This document shows, piece by piece, positions 1 to 10,266 of a DNA stretch of 64,000 nucleotides. The notes beneath the pieces were generated by a model. The model saw only the letters and a program-made list of their open reading frames with translations, did not search any database and was not told where the DNA came from. This stretch comes from Candidatus Borrarchaeum weybense (GTDB taxonomy: Archaea; Asgardarchaeota; Sifarchaeia; Borrarchaeales; Borrarchaeaceae), in contig JAHQJS010000007.1 in assembly GCA_019057385.1 (NCBI GenBank), positions 384,001 to 448,000 on the forward strand, given 5' to 3'. Position 1 is the stretch's first letter; every line of letters begins with the position of its first letter. Position numbers and translations under genes: made by a program.

Positions 1-424
1 AAAGATGTTTCGCTAAATGCTCCCCCTCATCTGTGTCAACTGATCTTATATCATCTAAATCACACTTATTCCCTATAATTATAGTCGGCAAAGAAGTGCC
101 AACATTTCCCGTAAGGTAACCCATCCAGATTGGTATCCTCTCAAATGATTGTCGTCTAGTCACATCATATACGACCAAAGCACCATGTGCACCACTATAG
201 TACGCTGGTTGCAGAAAACGAAATCGTTCTTGTCCTGCAGTATCCCAGATCTGCAGTTTGACTTTTTGTCCCTTAATTGTGCACATCTTCATTCCAAACT
301 CAACGCCAATAGTCATTAAATACTCTCCGTCAAATTGACCATGGCATATTCTCACAGTTATACTTGTTTTTCCGACGGCACCGTCTCCAATAACGACAAC
401 CTTGAAAAGATTTTGTTTCGCCAT
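1..424 (-). CDS. Rab-like small GTPase, 3' end runs off the window (missing from ORF track)
   Basis: Manual translation from ATG 424: MAKQNLFKVVVIGDGAVGKTS...TIGVEF...KLQIWDTAGQERFRFL...YYSGA...GNKCD; GGTGA SD upstream; paralog of 463..1050. Confidence 0.93.
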   Translation of the reverse strand, partial: MAKQNLFKVVVIGDGAVGKTSITVRICHGQFDGEYLMTIGVEFGMKMCTIKGQKVKLQIWDTAGQERFRFLQPAYYSGAHGALVVYDVTRRQSFERIPIWMGYLTGNVGTSLPTIIIGNKCDLDDIRSVDTDEGEHLAKHL

Positions 425-462
425 TATTTCACCATTTTAGTAAATTTTTTCTTTTTAAAAAA

Positions 463-1050
463 TTACCACCAAGTACCTTCTGCACGTTCTTTCCATTCTT
501 CAGCATTCTTAAATTCAATAAGCCGTTCTTCTAGCATCAATGAGCCGAGTTTAATAAATAACTCCTCTACATTCTGATTGGTTTTGGCAGACGCTTCAAA
601 GAAGGGAATTACTCTTTTATACTCAGTTGAAAGTTTTTCTGCTAAAAGTTTACCTTCCTCGAAGGTGACCACTCTCAATTCATCTAGATCACACTTATTT
701 CCTACGAGAATAGTAGGAATAGGATCAGTAATTGTACTAAGAAGATTGTCCATCCATGAAGGAATTTTGTCGAAAGACTCCTTGCGAGTTATATCGTACA
801 CAAGAAGTGCTCCATGTGACCCCCGATAATATGCTGGCTGGAGAAAACGAAACCTTTCTTGTCCTGCAGTATCCCAGATTTGCATTCTAATCTCGTCATT
901 CTCAACCGTACAAGCCTTTGTTCCAAACTCGACACCAATAGTCATCAAGTATTCTCCGTCAAATTGACCATGACAAGTCCTAACTGTTATACTTGTTTTT
1001 CCGACAGCGCCATCTCCAATAACAACGATCTTGAAAAGACTATTGTCCAT
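463..1050 (-). CDS. Rab-like small GTPase
   Basis: GDGAVGKTS, TIGVEF, WDTAGQERF, YYRG, LVYDIT, NKCD, EASAK; no C-terminal Cys. Confidence 0.95.
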   Translation of the reverse strand: MDNSLFKIVVIGDGAVGKTSITVRTCHGQFDGEYLMTIGVEFGTKACTVENDEIRMQIWDTAGQERFRFLQPAYYRGSHGALLVYDITRKESFDKIPSWMDNLLSTITDPIPTILVGNKCDLDELRVVTFEEGKLLAEKLSTEYKRVIPFFEASAKTNQNVEELFIKLGSLMLEERLIEFKNAEEWKERAEGTWW

Positions 1051-1320
1051 TTTTTATACCACCATGCCAAATACATACTTTCTGAACTAGTTCTTTACTT
1101 TTTCTTGAAAATTATCGAGGAATTATCTCTTCCTTTGTTCCCTTACGTTTTGATGTTCGGAAGTTATTCCCAAGATTCGAGCAGTTTGTTAATACTTAAG
1201 TTTTCTAGTAAATTTCTTCTCAATTAAAGAGCGAAAAAATTCCAATTTCATTTCTAGCTCTAATTTTAATTTCAATTTTGCTAACTAATTTATGTTATAT
1301 CACAATCTAGTTTTCGTAGA

Positions 1321-2415
1321 TTATTTCCACTCATCCCACAATTTAGAAAAAATACTTGCCAACGAGATGAGGTCCTGTTTATTGTGGTCAACGATAGGGA
1401 TTAAAGGTCCTGGATTTTCTGTTTTCAAATATGTATCATAAAAATCTGGAATTAGAGTATTTGGTACATCATCTTCCCTTTTGATTCCAAGCAGATGATT
1501 TTCTATGGTATTTAATCGACAATTTGGTAGGTGTTCTTTCCACGCACGCCTTGAGAAATGAAGTAAGTCAATGTTGAAATGCTTGAGATCTGCATCCATC
1601 CCATAATAAGCAACACGTTCCTGTATATAGGGAACATCAAAGGCACGTCCGTTATATGTAACTAAGGCAGCACTCTCTTTAAAATGAGAAAGGGTAGCTG
1701 CTATTGCTCCAGCCTCTTCTGAGATATCACGCAATAAATATTGACTTATTGAAATTTTTTTACCTGAAATATGAGCGATACCAAACAATATTATTGGCCT
1801 TGTAAAGAATCCAAGTGTTTCTATATCGAGAAACACAAAATCTTCCTTATTATATAGACCTGACGCATATAACATAAGTGGGTGCGACTTTGGAAAGCGT
1901 TTTCCAATCCAATCAATTATGTTGACAAGGTCAAATTCGTCAAAGAATGTCAAGAATTCTTTAGCTTTGCTTCTGAATCGTGGATGTCCAATAAGATCTT
2001 TGATAGTCTTGTATCCTTTCCGTTTTAATTGAAGTTCAGTTTTCTCTCTAATGCCAAAAATAAGCTTAAGATCTGATAATATTTTTTTTCTCATTTCATC
2101 TTTGTCTGGTTTTATTAGACTAACTTCGGTGTGATCTGATAGGCAATAACATGCACCCATTTCCGTTGTAAGTTCTTCTCCACTAAGCACATCTTCGATT
2201 TTTGCCCCTTCATACCTATCAAGCAAGTCGATCTTCAATTTTTGGGCTTCTAAATATTTAAAATCAAGTATAAACGAAGGGATAAATCCTGTTTCGACTA
2301 ATGGTTCTTCAGCAGTAATTTCAAATTCTTTTGCAATATCTACTCGTTCTCTGAACTTTCTTCCTATGTTATCGAAGAAATCTTCCATGCTATCCTTTGT
2401 CTCCTGCTTGTTCAT
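1321..2415 (-). CDS. RNase H-like (YprB / RNase_H_2) exonuclease domain protein
   Basis: FLDIETLG, TYNGRAFDVPY, IDLLH, HNKQDL motifs. Confidence 0.85.
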   Translation of the reverse strand: MNKQETKDSMEDFFDNIGRKFRERVDIAKEFEITAEEPLVETGFIPSFILDFKYLEAQKLKIDLLDRYEGAKIEDVLSGEELTTEMGACYCLSDHTEVSLIKPDKDEMRKKILSDLKLIFGIREKTELQLKRKGYKTIKDLIGHPRFRSKAKEFLTFFDEFDLVNIIDWIGKRFPKSHPLMLYASGLYNKEDFVFLDIETLGFFTRPIILFGIAHISGKKISISQYLLRDISEEAGAIAATLSHFKESAALVTYNGRAFDVPYIQERVAYYGMDADLKHFNIDLLHFSRRAWKEHLPNCRLNTIENHLLGIKREDDVPNTLIPDFYDTYLKTENPGPLIPIVDHNKQDLISLASIFSKLWDEWK

Positions 2416-2637
2416 CTAATTTCCTTATTTTTGTCGCTCGTGACTTATGGATTATAAATATCTATATTCTATTAAGATTATAAAAAGATCGCCTTAAAAA
2501 TAGGAAAGCATGTTCTTTCTAAAGAATAAATTTTCCTAAAGATAGGAAACAACATTCTTTTAATCTGACATTAGATTCTAAAAAACAAAAAAATAAAAGA
2601 TTTTCACAGAGCCCAGACTTTTATAGTGCTCAAACAT

Positions 2638-3435
2638 TTAATTTAGTATTTCACCATTTATGTTAATGGTTACTGTTTCAAACGGAATGCTACTACCTGC
2701 CTCTTTCATTGCTTGTTCTACAACTCTTACAAGACCTGAGCAGCAAGGAACTTCCATCTTCACAATTGTTATGCTTTTAGGAGTTGATGTCTGAATTATT
2801 TGTGCTAATTTCATCACATAAGCATTGGCATCATCAAGTTTTGGACAACCAACTGCGATTGCGTTACCCTTTACAAAATCCTGATGAAAATTGCCATAAG
2901 AAAATGGAACACAATCTGCAATTATTGCTAAGTCTGCATTCTTAAAATATGGCGCAGATGGCGGAACTAAATGTATCTGTACAGGCCATTGTCGTAGCTG
3001 GCTTTCCAGTTTCACTGTTTCTTTAGGGGCAGTCTCCTCTTTATCCCATTGAAGCATCTGTACTGAAGGACAACCACCACATCCTCCTCCTGTTTCAGTT
3101 TTTTGTAATTGTAGTGCAGGTAATTCGTGTGCATGTTCTTCCATATGCTGTTTATGTGATTCTAGCATCTCAGGCGTCAATTCTTTTATTCGAGCGATTA
3201 CCGCATCTTCATTGTAAGCCTCTACTTCTTTTTCCTCAATTATCAACGCTCCAGTGGGACAGGCACCAAGACAGGCACCAAGTCCATCACAGTAAAACTC
3301 TTTTACTAGCCTGGCTTTAAGCCCATTAGGTGTATCAACTAGTTCTAAAGCCTGCTCGGCGCAATTGGGTATGCATTCGCCACAACCAGTACACAATTCT
3401 TCATCAATTGTGATGATTTTTCTTTTTACTTTCAT
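2638..3435 (-). CDS. 4Fe-4S ferredoxin-domain protein
   Basis: CTGCGECIPNC, CDGLGACLGACP, QWPVQ, ADC, GCPKLD, MEVPCC. Confidence 0.88.
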   Translation of the reverse strand: MKVKRKIITIDEELCTGCGECIPNCAEQALELVDTPNGLKARLVKEFYCDGLGACLGACPTGALIIEEKEVEAYNEDAVIARIKELTPEMLESHKQHMEEHAHELPALQLQKTETGGGCGGCPSVQMLQWDKEETAPKETVKLESQLRQWPVQIHLVPPSAPYFKNADLAIIADCVPFSYGNFHQDFVKGNAIAVGCPKLDDANAYVMKLAQIIQTSTPKSITIVKMEVPCCSGLVRVVEQAMKEAGSSIPFETVTININGEILN

Positions 3436-3546
3436 TGAAACACCTCAAATCAAATCATCGTTTGAATATACCACTGTCATCTTTAAAAGACTGCGCATGA
3501 AGGCAGAAATACGCTAAGAAAAATAATGATATTAATTAAATGCGTT

Positions 3547-4395
3547 TCACGGGAGATAATCTATAAAAAACTTATCAAGTCCTAAATCTCGTATTCGATT
3601 CCAATCTTGTTTTAGATAGGGATGAATATGCTTTTTAAATTCTTCAGAATACTTCTTACTTCCCAGATACTCTTCAAGAACAACCAATGTAGATTTACAT
3701 AAATCATGAATGGTTGCCTTTACAGTTTCAGCACTTAATTCTGGATTAAAAACATTTACACTCAAGACATCTAAAAAAGTCTCTTTTATGTCAAAAATTT
3801 GCGAAAGTTCTTCCACATTTAGAATATGCTTATGATACTCTATCGTTTCTTTTAATTGATCCTCAAGTTTTTGCTTAATTTTTCCTTTTTTGAAAAGAGG
3901 GAAAGTCATTTTAGCGATTCTAGAAAAAAGCTGTTGAAATACTTCCAATATATCCATTTTTTCAGCAATTGAAGTTGTAATCTTAACATCCATCCATGAG
4001 TGTATTAAATCTTCAATGATATCGTTGAATTTTTGAAATATTGTTTGTTCACCGCTCCAATTCAACCAGAACTCCCTACCTCCTTTCACCACAAAAGGAA
4101 ATTCCTGCAGAAATGAACTTTTTATATAGTCTACCTGCATTTTAAGATTTGATCTCTTGTCTTCTTTGTCTGCTGCTAAAACAAAAAGTAAGTTATGACT
4201 GAAACAATAGACAAAAATGTATTCTCCCATTTCCATACTTTCTATACCGAAACCACTTATTTCACTTTCTGCAAAGGTATAAACTGCGGACAAAAAACCA
4301 GATAACAGAACATCTTGTGCTTCAATAGATCCAAATCTTTTATGAAATACTGGTCTTCCAGTTTCTTTTTCGAGTATCCAGACATTTTGGATCAT
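3547..4395 (-). CDS. N-terminal longin-domain protein (paralog 1); start revised to ATG 4395
   Basis: MIQNVWILEKETGRPVF...LLSGFLSAVYTFA longin pattern; GGAGG SD before 4395; aligns with 4695..5549. Confidence 0.75.
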   Translation of the reverse strand: MIQNVWILEKETGRPVFHKRFGSIEAQDVLLSGFLSAVYTFAESEISGFGIESMEMGEYIFVYCFSHNLLFVLAADKEDKRSNLKMQVDYIKSSFLQEFPFVVKGGREFWLNWSGEQTIFQKFNDIIEDLIHSWMDVKITTSIAEKMDILEVFQQLFSRIAKMTFPLFKKGKIKQKLEDQLKETIEYHKHILNVEELSQIFDIKETFLDVLSVNVFNPELSAETVKATIHDLCKSTLVVLEEYLGSKKYSEEFKKHIHPYLKQDWNRIRDLGLDKFFIDYLP

Positions 4396-4651
4396 GGGTC
4401 CTCCCCATAGCGAGTATAACCCTATTAATATTTGTGTTTTTCGCTCACGACAAAAAAGGCTATTTGCTATACTTAGTGTATTTGTATTTAACTCAATAGA
4501 ACTCATAAATTGAAGACATAAGATTCTTTTATCGCAATTTAAATTTCTTTTTAGCTCTTAGTCGAATGAGAATGCATTTTAATAATACAAAATATTGAAT
4601 ATTGTGATACTTTGGTGTACAAGATATTTAGTGTGCATTAAAATTGTTTAC

Positions 4652-4698
4652 AAGTCTCCATCAAGGAAACCCCTACCGTTTAGCATGAAATAGCTCAC
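4652..4698 (+). mobile_element. Degenerate IS200/IS605 mini-element
   Basis: TTAC|aagtctccatcaaggaaacccc...tttagc...tagcTCAC resembles fused left and right ends; hairpin decayed. Confidence 0.5.
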
Positions 4699-5549
4699 AT
4701 GACGTAATTAATGAAAAACTTATCAAGCTCCAATTCGCGTATTCTATCCCAATCTTGTTTAACGTATGGGAAGACATGAGTTCGAAATTCTTCACCAAAA
4801 CTTTTCTTTCCCATGTATTCCTGGAGAACATCTAGTATCGTTTTGCATAAATCTAAAAGTGTTAGCTTCAGTGTTGAAACAGTTAATTCAGGATTAAAGA
4901 CATTTACAGATAACACATCAAGAAAGGTCTTTTCACTATCATATATACTTGAAAGTTCTTCTATGTTTAAAACACTCTTATGAGCTTTTATTATTTCCAT
5001 TAACTTGAGCTCTAAATTTGCTTTAATTGACATCTCTCTAAAATATGGAAAGCTAATTTTTGCTATCCTTGAAAAAATCTGCTGAAAAACCTCTAAAAAG
5101 TCCATTTTTTCAGCAATAGATGTCGTAGCTTCGACCTCTACCCAAGAGCCTATTAAATCCCTCAAAGGAAACATAAATTTTTTGAATTTATCTCGATCTC
5201 CAAGCCAATTCCTGAGAAAGTCCTCATGATTTTCTTTGAGACCAGGAAATTCGTCTATAAAACTATCCCTTATTAAATCAATCTGTGCTTTAAGGCTAGA
5301 TGAACTATCTGTCTTATCCGCTGCCATAACAAAAAGAAGTCCGTGTGAAAGGCAATAAATCATATTATAGTCTCCCATTTCCATGCTTTCTATACCAAGA
5401 CCACCTATTTCCGTCTCAGCAAACGAATATATAGCAGATAAAAATCCTGATAGCAAATCTTCTTCCGTCTCGATAGAACCTAGTTTATCGTGAAACAGAA
5501 GCCTTCCACTTTTCTCTAGAATCCACACATTATGAATCATAGTGCTCAC
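4695..5549 (-). CDS. N-terminal longin-domain protein (paralog 2)
   Basis: MIHNVWILEKSGRLLF...LLSGFLSAIYSFA; end-to-end similar to neighbour. Confidence 0.75.
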   Translation of the reverse strand: MSTMIHNVWILEKSGRLLFHDKLGSIETEEDLLSGFLSAIYSFAETEIGGLGIESMEMGDYNMIYCLSHGLLFVMAADKTDSSSSLKAQIDLIRDSFIDEFPGLKENHEDFLRNWLGDRDKFKKFMFPLRDLIGSWVEVEATTSIAEKMDFLEVFQQIFSRIAKISFPYFREMSIKANLELKLMEIIKAHKSVLNIEELSSIYDSEKTFLDVLSVNVFNPELTVSTLKLTLLDLCKTILDVLQEYMGKKSFGEEFRTHVFPYVKQDWDRIRELELDKFFINYVM

Positions 5550-5744
5550 ATGACAAAATTAAGTATTTTTAAGACTTTTTCCGTATTAAACGCCCTATCC
5601 CTGCTTACTAGTATACTTATCATGGTTTAATAAAAAAGTTGTCCCTTAAAAAAGGAATATTCGAATGTAACTGTAACTTCTAAACTTCTGATAGTCTCGC
5701 TTCTTACGATAAGCTCAATTTTACTGATAATAAGCGTGCTAAAA

Positions 5745-7157
5745 TTAATTTCCTGGCAGTTTACATTCCGTTAACTCTTCGTCTCGTAATTTTCCTCTCA
5801 CGAGCGATGCAAAAACACCCACAATACAAAGGATGACGAAGATGATAAATGCTACTTGCACACTCATTAAGAAGAGTGGATAATTTTCAGGAGTTATTTG
5901 AACTCGTCCGATGAATAAGTTAAACAATAGCATTGCTGTTGCCATGCTGAGCAGTTGCCCAATCAGACGCATCGTTCCAACCATTCCAGAAGCTACACCG
6001 TAACATTTCTTCTCGACTGAGCTCATAATTGCATTTGTATTGGGAGATGAAAATAACGCAAAGCCTAAGCCAAGGAGACATAAACTCGCTATGATAAACT
6101 CCAATGCTGTTGTTTCTGATAGAATAAAAGCGAATATTGAAAGTCCTACGACGATCAATGTCATACCACTTGAGGCAACGATACGCGGTTCAATTCTGTC
6201 AGAAAGCTTGCCAGCAAATGGTGAAAAAATTGCTTGCATAACTGGTTGTGCCAATAGAATCATACCCGCATTTAGAGGGCTAAAATTTTTTATGTACTGT
6301 AAATATAAACTTAAAAGAAAACCTACAGCAAATGTTGCACTATAATTAATCAACGCAGCCATATTAGAGAAAGTAAAGACTCTGTTTGTTCTAAATAGAG
6401 TTACATCCAAAATAGGATGTTCCACCTTCAATTCCCAGAAAATAAAAAGAGTAAGTCCTAAAAAGCCTGCTAAAATTAACCATGCCCCCATTATCGCTGG
6501 CAACAAAGAAAGTCCATACATAATCGCTATAAGCATAACGCTCCAAAGTATAGAACCAGTATAATCGAATTTTTCTCCCTCTGCTTCTGCCCATTCTTTC
6601 CCTTTAAATTTCCAGAAAATAAAAATAAGTGTTATTGCGCCTAGAGGCACGTTTGAAAGAAATACGCTTCTCCATCCGAACTGTTGGGTTAGAAATCCGC
6701 CTAAGAATGGACCAACAGAAAGTCCAAAATAAACAGCGGCCACATTAATTCCCAATGCTTTACCTCGCTCTCCTGGAGGGAATACTGAAGTCAAAATTGC
6801 GACGCCTGTGCCGAAGATCATTGAAGCGCCAAAGCCCTCTATAAAACGAAAGGCAACAAGCCATTCTCCAGATGGTGAATTCGCTGAAAGGATGGCAGAA
6901 AGTGTGTAAATGAATATACCAATACTGAACACCTTTTTTCTTCCGTAAATATCAGCTATTCTTCCAATTGAGACCAAAAAAATTGCAGCTGCCAAAAGGT
7001 AAGCTGTAGCAACCCAACTTAATAACACAGCATCCATTCCATACTCATTGGCAATTGTGGGAAGAGCAATGTTAACAGCCGAACCCATGAAGGGTGTAAG
7101 GAATCCTGCCATAGTAGCTACAATTAACGCATACTTCTTGATTTCATCATCATTCAT
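5745..7157 (-). CDS. MFS transporter, DHA2/EmrB-like
   Basis: VNIALPTI, GRIADIYGRKK, GPFLGGFL, WRSVF; many TM segments. Confidence 0.93.
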   Translation of the reverse strand: MNDDEIKKYALIVATMAGFLTPFMGSAVNIALPTIANEYGMDAVLLSWVATAYLLAAAIFLVSIGRIADIYGRKKVFSIGIFIYTLSAILSANSPSGEWLVAFRFIEGFGASMIFGTGVAILTSVFPPGERGKALGINVAAVYFGLSVGPFLGGFLTQQFGWRSVFLSNVPLGAITLIFIFWKFKGKEWAEAEGEKFDYTGSILWSVMLIAIMYGLSLLPAIMGAWLILAGFLGLTLFIFWELKVEHPILDVTLFRTNRVFTFSNMAALINYSATFAVGFLLSLYLQYIKNFSPLNAGMILLAQPVMQAIFSPFAGKLSDRIEPRIVASSGMTLIVVGLSIFAFILSETTALEFIIASLCLLGLGFALFSSPNTNAIMSSVEKKCYGVASGMVGTMRLIGQLLSMATAMLLFNLFIGRVQITPENYPLFLMSVQVAFIIFVILCIVGVFASLVRGKLRDEELTECKLPGN

Positions 7158-7241
7158 AACGGTCGATCACTTATGACCGACTTATATGTCTTGCTATTTA
7201 AGTTATTAAAAAACTAAAATTCATCCATTGGCTTTTTTAAG

Positions 7242-7661
7242 TTATTCTAAATCCATTTTGTATCCGCAGTCACGACATTCGTATAAATAAAATGCGACTA
7301 GCCCTCCACATTTTGGACAACAATATTTATTCAGTTGTTCTTTCAACCAGTTTATTTCACCGATTTCCTTAATTCTTTTGAGATTATCAACTATCTCTTC
7401 TCGATACCTAAACTTTTTGTCACCTAGGTGAGATTTTTGGAGACGAGTGATCAGCGTACACGGTAACTCACTACATTGATTACAAGAATCAAATTTGTGT
7501 TCATCAATACAACAGCGTCGAATTTTGCAACCCCACTTACTGGTGCGTTTCTGAGTTCTATCATCAGAACTACAGCCATAACAAGTTCCTTTATAGAACG
7601 ATGGACAAGCACCACAGTATACTCCACAGGGGGCTGCTAAATCTTCGAGTTCGTGCTTCAT
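7242..7661 (-). CDS. DUF3795 Cys-rich protein
   Basis: APCGVYCGACP, CYGC, CKIRRCC, CNQCSELPC. Confidence 0.8.
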   Translation of the reverse strand: MKHELEDLAAPCGVYCGACPSFYKGTCYGCSSDDRTQKRTSKWGCKIRRCCIDEHKFDSCNQCSELPCTLITRLQKSHLGDKKFRYREEIVDNLKRIKEIGEINWLKEQLNKYCCPKCGGLVAFYLYECRDCGYKMDLE

Positions 7662-7689
7662 AGCAATCAGCCATTGTAGTTTGCTATTG

Positions 7690-8316
7690 TTATTTTGACT
7701 TGACAGGCTGTCTTATTACCGTCTTCCATTTTTCTTCTGGAGTTCGCCTTGGATCTGATAAATATATTTCGTGGTGTTTTTCTATTAAGCCATCAAACTC
7801 GCAGTCATTATTTCGAATGAACTTGTGCAGTTTCTCTATTGTTGGTCCTTCGGCAGAATAATGACCGATATGCATTATTTGTGCGGATAATCCTTCTTGA
7901 AAACTCTCAAATCTAAGCTTAGGAAGAGCTGGTGGATTCTTTTTTTCCTTAACTTGTTCGATAGCTTCCTTGATTAAAGTTTTTGTCACTTGTGAAGGCT
8001 GTACGATCATTGCAGTCCATTTCCACGCATCTTTATTACCGACCAGAAAATCTTTCATGTTGTTAGACCACCAAAGACCTTCCAGTGGCATTACGACGTA
8101 GTCTTGTGCTGGTTTTTTCTTTTTCACCATAAACTTGACGGTGTAACTAACACTATAAAGTGCTTCAATTGCCACCTTGTATTCTTGAGCAGTATTAGGA
8201 TCGCCTTCACCGTCTAACATTAAAAAATTCATTTCAGGAACGTCAACAAAGACGCATTCTTTTGTTGATGGAAAGTATAAATGTTTTAGTTCTTTCTTTA
8301 AGTCTTTTTTTGCCAT
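7690..8316 (-). CDS. GyrI-like small-molecule-binding protein
   Basis: GEGDPN, VMPLEGLWW, HHEIYLSDPRR, TVIRQP. Confidence 0.9.
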   Translation of the reverse strand: MAKKDLKKELKHLYFPSTKECVFVDVPEMNFLMLDGEGDPNTAQEYKVAIEALYSVSYTVKFMVKKKKPAQDYVVMPLEGLWWSNNMKDFLVGNKDAWKWTAMIVQPSQVTKTLIKEAIEQVKEKKNPPALPKLRFESFQEGLSAQIMHIGHYSAEGPTIEKLHKFIRNNDCEFDGLIEKHHEIYLSDPRRTPEEKWKTVIRQPVKSK

Positions 8317-8331
8317 AAGTTTTACCTCCTT

Positions 8332-8880
8332 TCATTTTATAATATCTTCTTCTATAAATTTGACAAATAATTCAAGCCACAACTTTTCTGTTTTTAAATA
8401 TGCTAAAGGTCTGCTAAAAAGTGCAGTTACAAAATAAGGAGAATTATTTTCTTCATGTTGATAGTGTGCTTTTTCAATGAAGTCAATACTTTGATCTAAA
8501 GATTTTATATACTTCTTTAAGCACTCAACAACTACATCAGGTTTTAAAATTGGGATATGAGCAATACCAAGGTCAAGAGGAGAGATTAATTTTGCGGGTT
8601 CTGATAGTAATACTCTGACTTTTTTTTGTAAAACTGAATTACCCTTTTTTGTTAGACTATAAACCCTCCTAGACGGTTTACCCTCGATATCCATCATCTT
8701 GCTGCCAATTAGACCTTTATCTTCGAGTTTATTCAACAAATAATAGATGCTCGAAAAACCTATTTCAGTCCAAGCACGATATCCTCTTTCCTCTATTACT
8801 TTCTCAATTTCGTAGCCATAACGAGATTTTTCTGCCAGTAATCCAAGTATAGCTGTTTCACGATTGGTTATTTTGGTCAT
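8332..8880 (-). CDS. PadR-family transcriptional regulator
   Basis: AILGLL, YGYEI, SIYYLLNKLE, RRVYSLT. Confidence 0.9.
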   Translation of the reverse strand: MTKITNRETAILGLLAEKSRYGYEIEKVIEERGYRAWTEIGFSSIYYLLNKLEDKGLIGSKMMDIEGKPSRRVYSLTKKGNSVLQKKVRVLLSEPAKLISPLDLGIAHIPILKPDVVVECLKKYIKSLDQSIDFIEKAHYQHEENNSPYFVTALFSRPLAYLKTEKLWLELFVKFIEEDIIK

Positions 8881-8897
8881 TTATATTCCGATTTTTC

Positions 8898-8937
8898 ATA
8901 TTCTAATTTTAGAATATATATTATAGTACTAGAATAT
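8898..8937. promoter_or_regulatory. Two tandem 20-bp palindromic operators (probable PadR sites)
   Basis: ATATTCTAattttAGAATAT (8898-8917) and ATATTATAgtacTAGAATAT (8918-8937) in the divergent intergenic region. Confidence 0.6.
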
Positions 8938-8973
8938 TAACTTTATCTTCATCAATAGACAATGTATTAAAAC

Positions 8974-9411
8974 ATGTCACCAGAACAAAGAGAAATAAAA
9001 TTAAGGCCACATCACGTTTGGGGATTACATGACATTCAGGAAAATACTGATCACTATTATCTCCCCAATGAAGAATATATAGTTAAATGGAGAGAACAAG
9101 AAGGGGAAATCAAATATACTGAGAAATTGATATTGCATGGTAGAGATACAATTAGATTTCTTTTTGAAAATCCAGATTATGAGTTCACATATATTGATGG
9201 AAAAACTGAAGTTGATACAATCTGCTTAGAATGCAATACTTTCGAAGAATGCCACGATCCCGAATGCGAATCATTTCACAATGCACAGAAATGGGATGAA
9301 GACGCACTAAAAGCAATGCCATTTTTGAAAACGATGGAATTCGGAAAAAAATACAATCTGAATAAGTTCAATGAAATTCGAGACGCATTTCAAAGAAGTG
9401 TAAGCCAATGA
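8974..9411 (+). CDS. Hypothetical protein, DUF1284-like
   Basis: LRPHH and DTICLEC motifs. Confidence 0.5.
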   Translation: MSPEQREIKLRPHHVWGLHDIQENTDHYYLPNEEYIVKWREQEGEIKYTEKLILHGRDTIRFLFENPDYEFTYIDGKTEVDTICLECNTFEECHDPECESFHNAQKWDEDALKAMPFLKTMEFGKKYNLNKFNEIRDAFQRSVSQ

Positions 9412-9508
9412 TGGACTCTGAAAAACAATCTCTCTTCTCTAGGAAAACATTTGATGACCGTTTCTTGACAAAATAAGCTCTTACATGCGATAGGTTTTAA
9501 AATACAGG

Positions 9509-10039
9509 CTATATTGGCTTAGCTGGTATCACGTTATTAATAATCTGTTTTGTTAATGCAAAAAAAGGTTTTTTCAAATTGAATCCACTTTTCGAAGACG
9601 TTTCAAAGAAGTATAAATCCCTTTCCATCGCAAAATTGCGTCCTTCTTCCTCTGTAACAACCCTGAATTCCTCAAGATCCTGCTTTGTTGCAACTAAAAT
9701 TTTTGGAATATTTCCGCAATAATTCTCAACATTTCTAATCCACTTTGGAACATTCTCGAAGGATGCTCTTTTTGTAATATCGTAGCAGCAGAGAGCCCCA
9801 AGCGCCCCTCGATAATAAATTGGACTCACATATTGAAAGCGCTCCTGACCTCCAGTATCCCAGATCTGCAGTTTTACTGTTGTCTGCTTTATTTTGAGAA
9901 ATTTTACCGAAAGGTCTACACCTAATGTCATTTTGTATTTTGTCTGAAATTTTCCTGTGATAAGTTTTTGTGTTAACGTTGTTTTTCCTACTGCGCCGTC
10001 CCCGACGACAATCATTTTGAAGAGATAATCCGCTGTCAT
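9509..10039 (-). CDS. Rab-like small GTPase
   Basis: GDGAVGKTT, KLQIWDTGGQERF, YYRGA, TKQD (G4 variant), ETSSK; ATG 10039 chosen. Confidence 0.92.
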   Translation of the reverse strand: MTADYLFKMIVVGDGAVGKTTLTQKLITGKFQTKYKMTLGVDLSVKFLKIKQTTVKLQIWDTGGQERFQYVSPIYYRGALGALCCYDITKRASFENVPKWIRNVENYCGNIPKILVATKQDLEEFRVVTEEEGRNFAMERDLYFFETSSKSGFNLKKPFFALTKQIINNVIPAKPI

Positions 10040-10266
10040 TGAAATTCCCAAATAAAGCAATTCTATAAGTTTAACATCGATTTTTTATTTAAACTCAATT
10101 ATAAGCTGCAGTCAGCTGAAGAAGTTTCATATATTCTTTATCAATATTTCTCTAATTAACCAGCTTTCAAACAATATTATATATTTTCTGAGAGAAATCT
10201 CAACAATTTCTGTAATATATGCAACGATCTTTTTAGAAAACGCCGTAAATTCTGTGTATTTACAAT

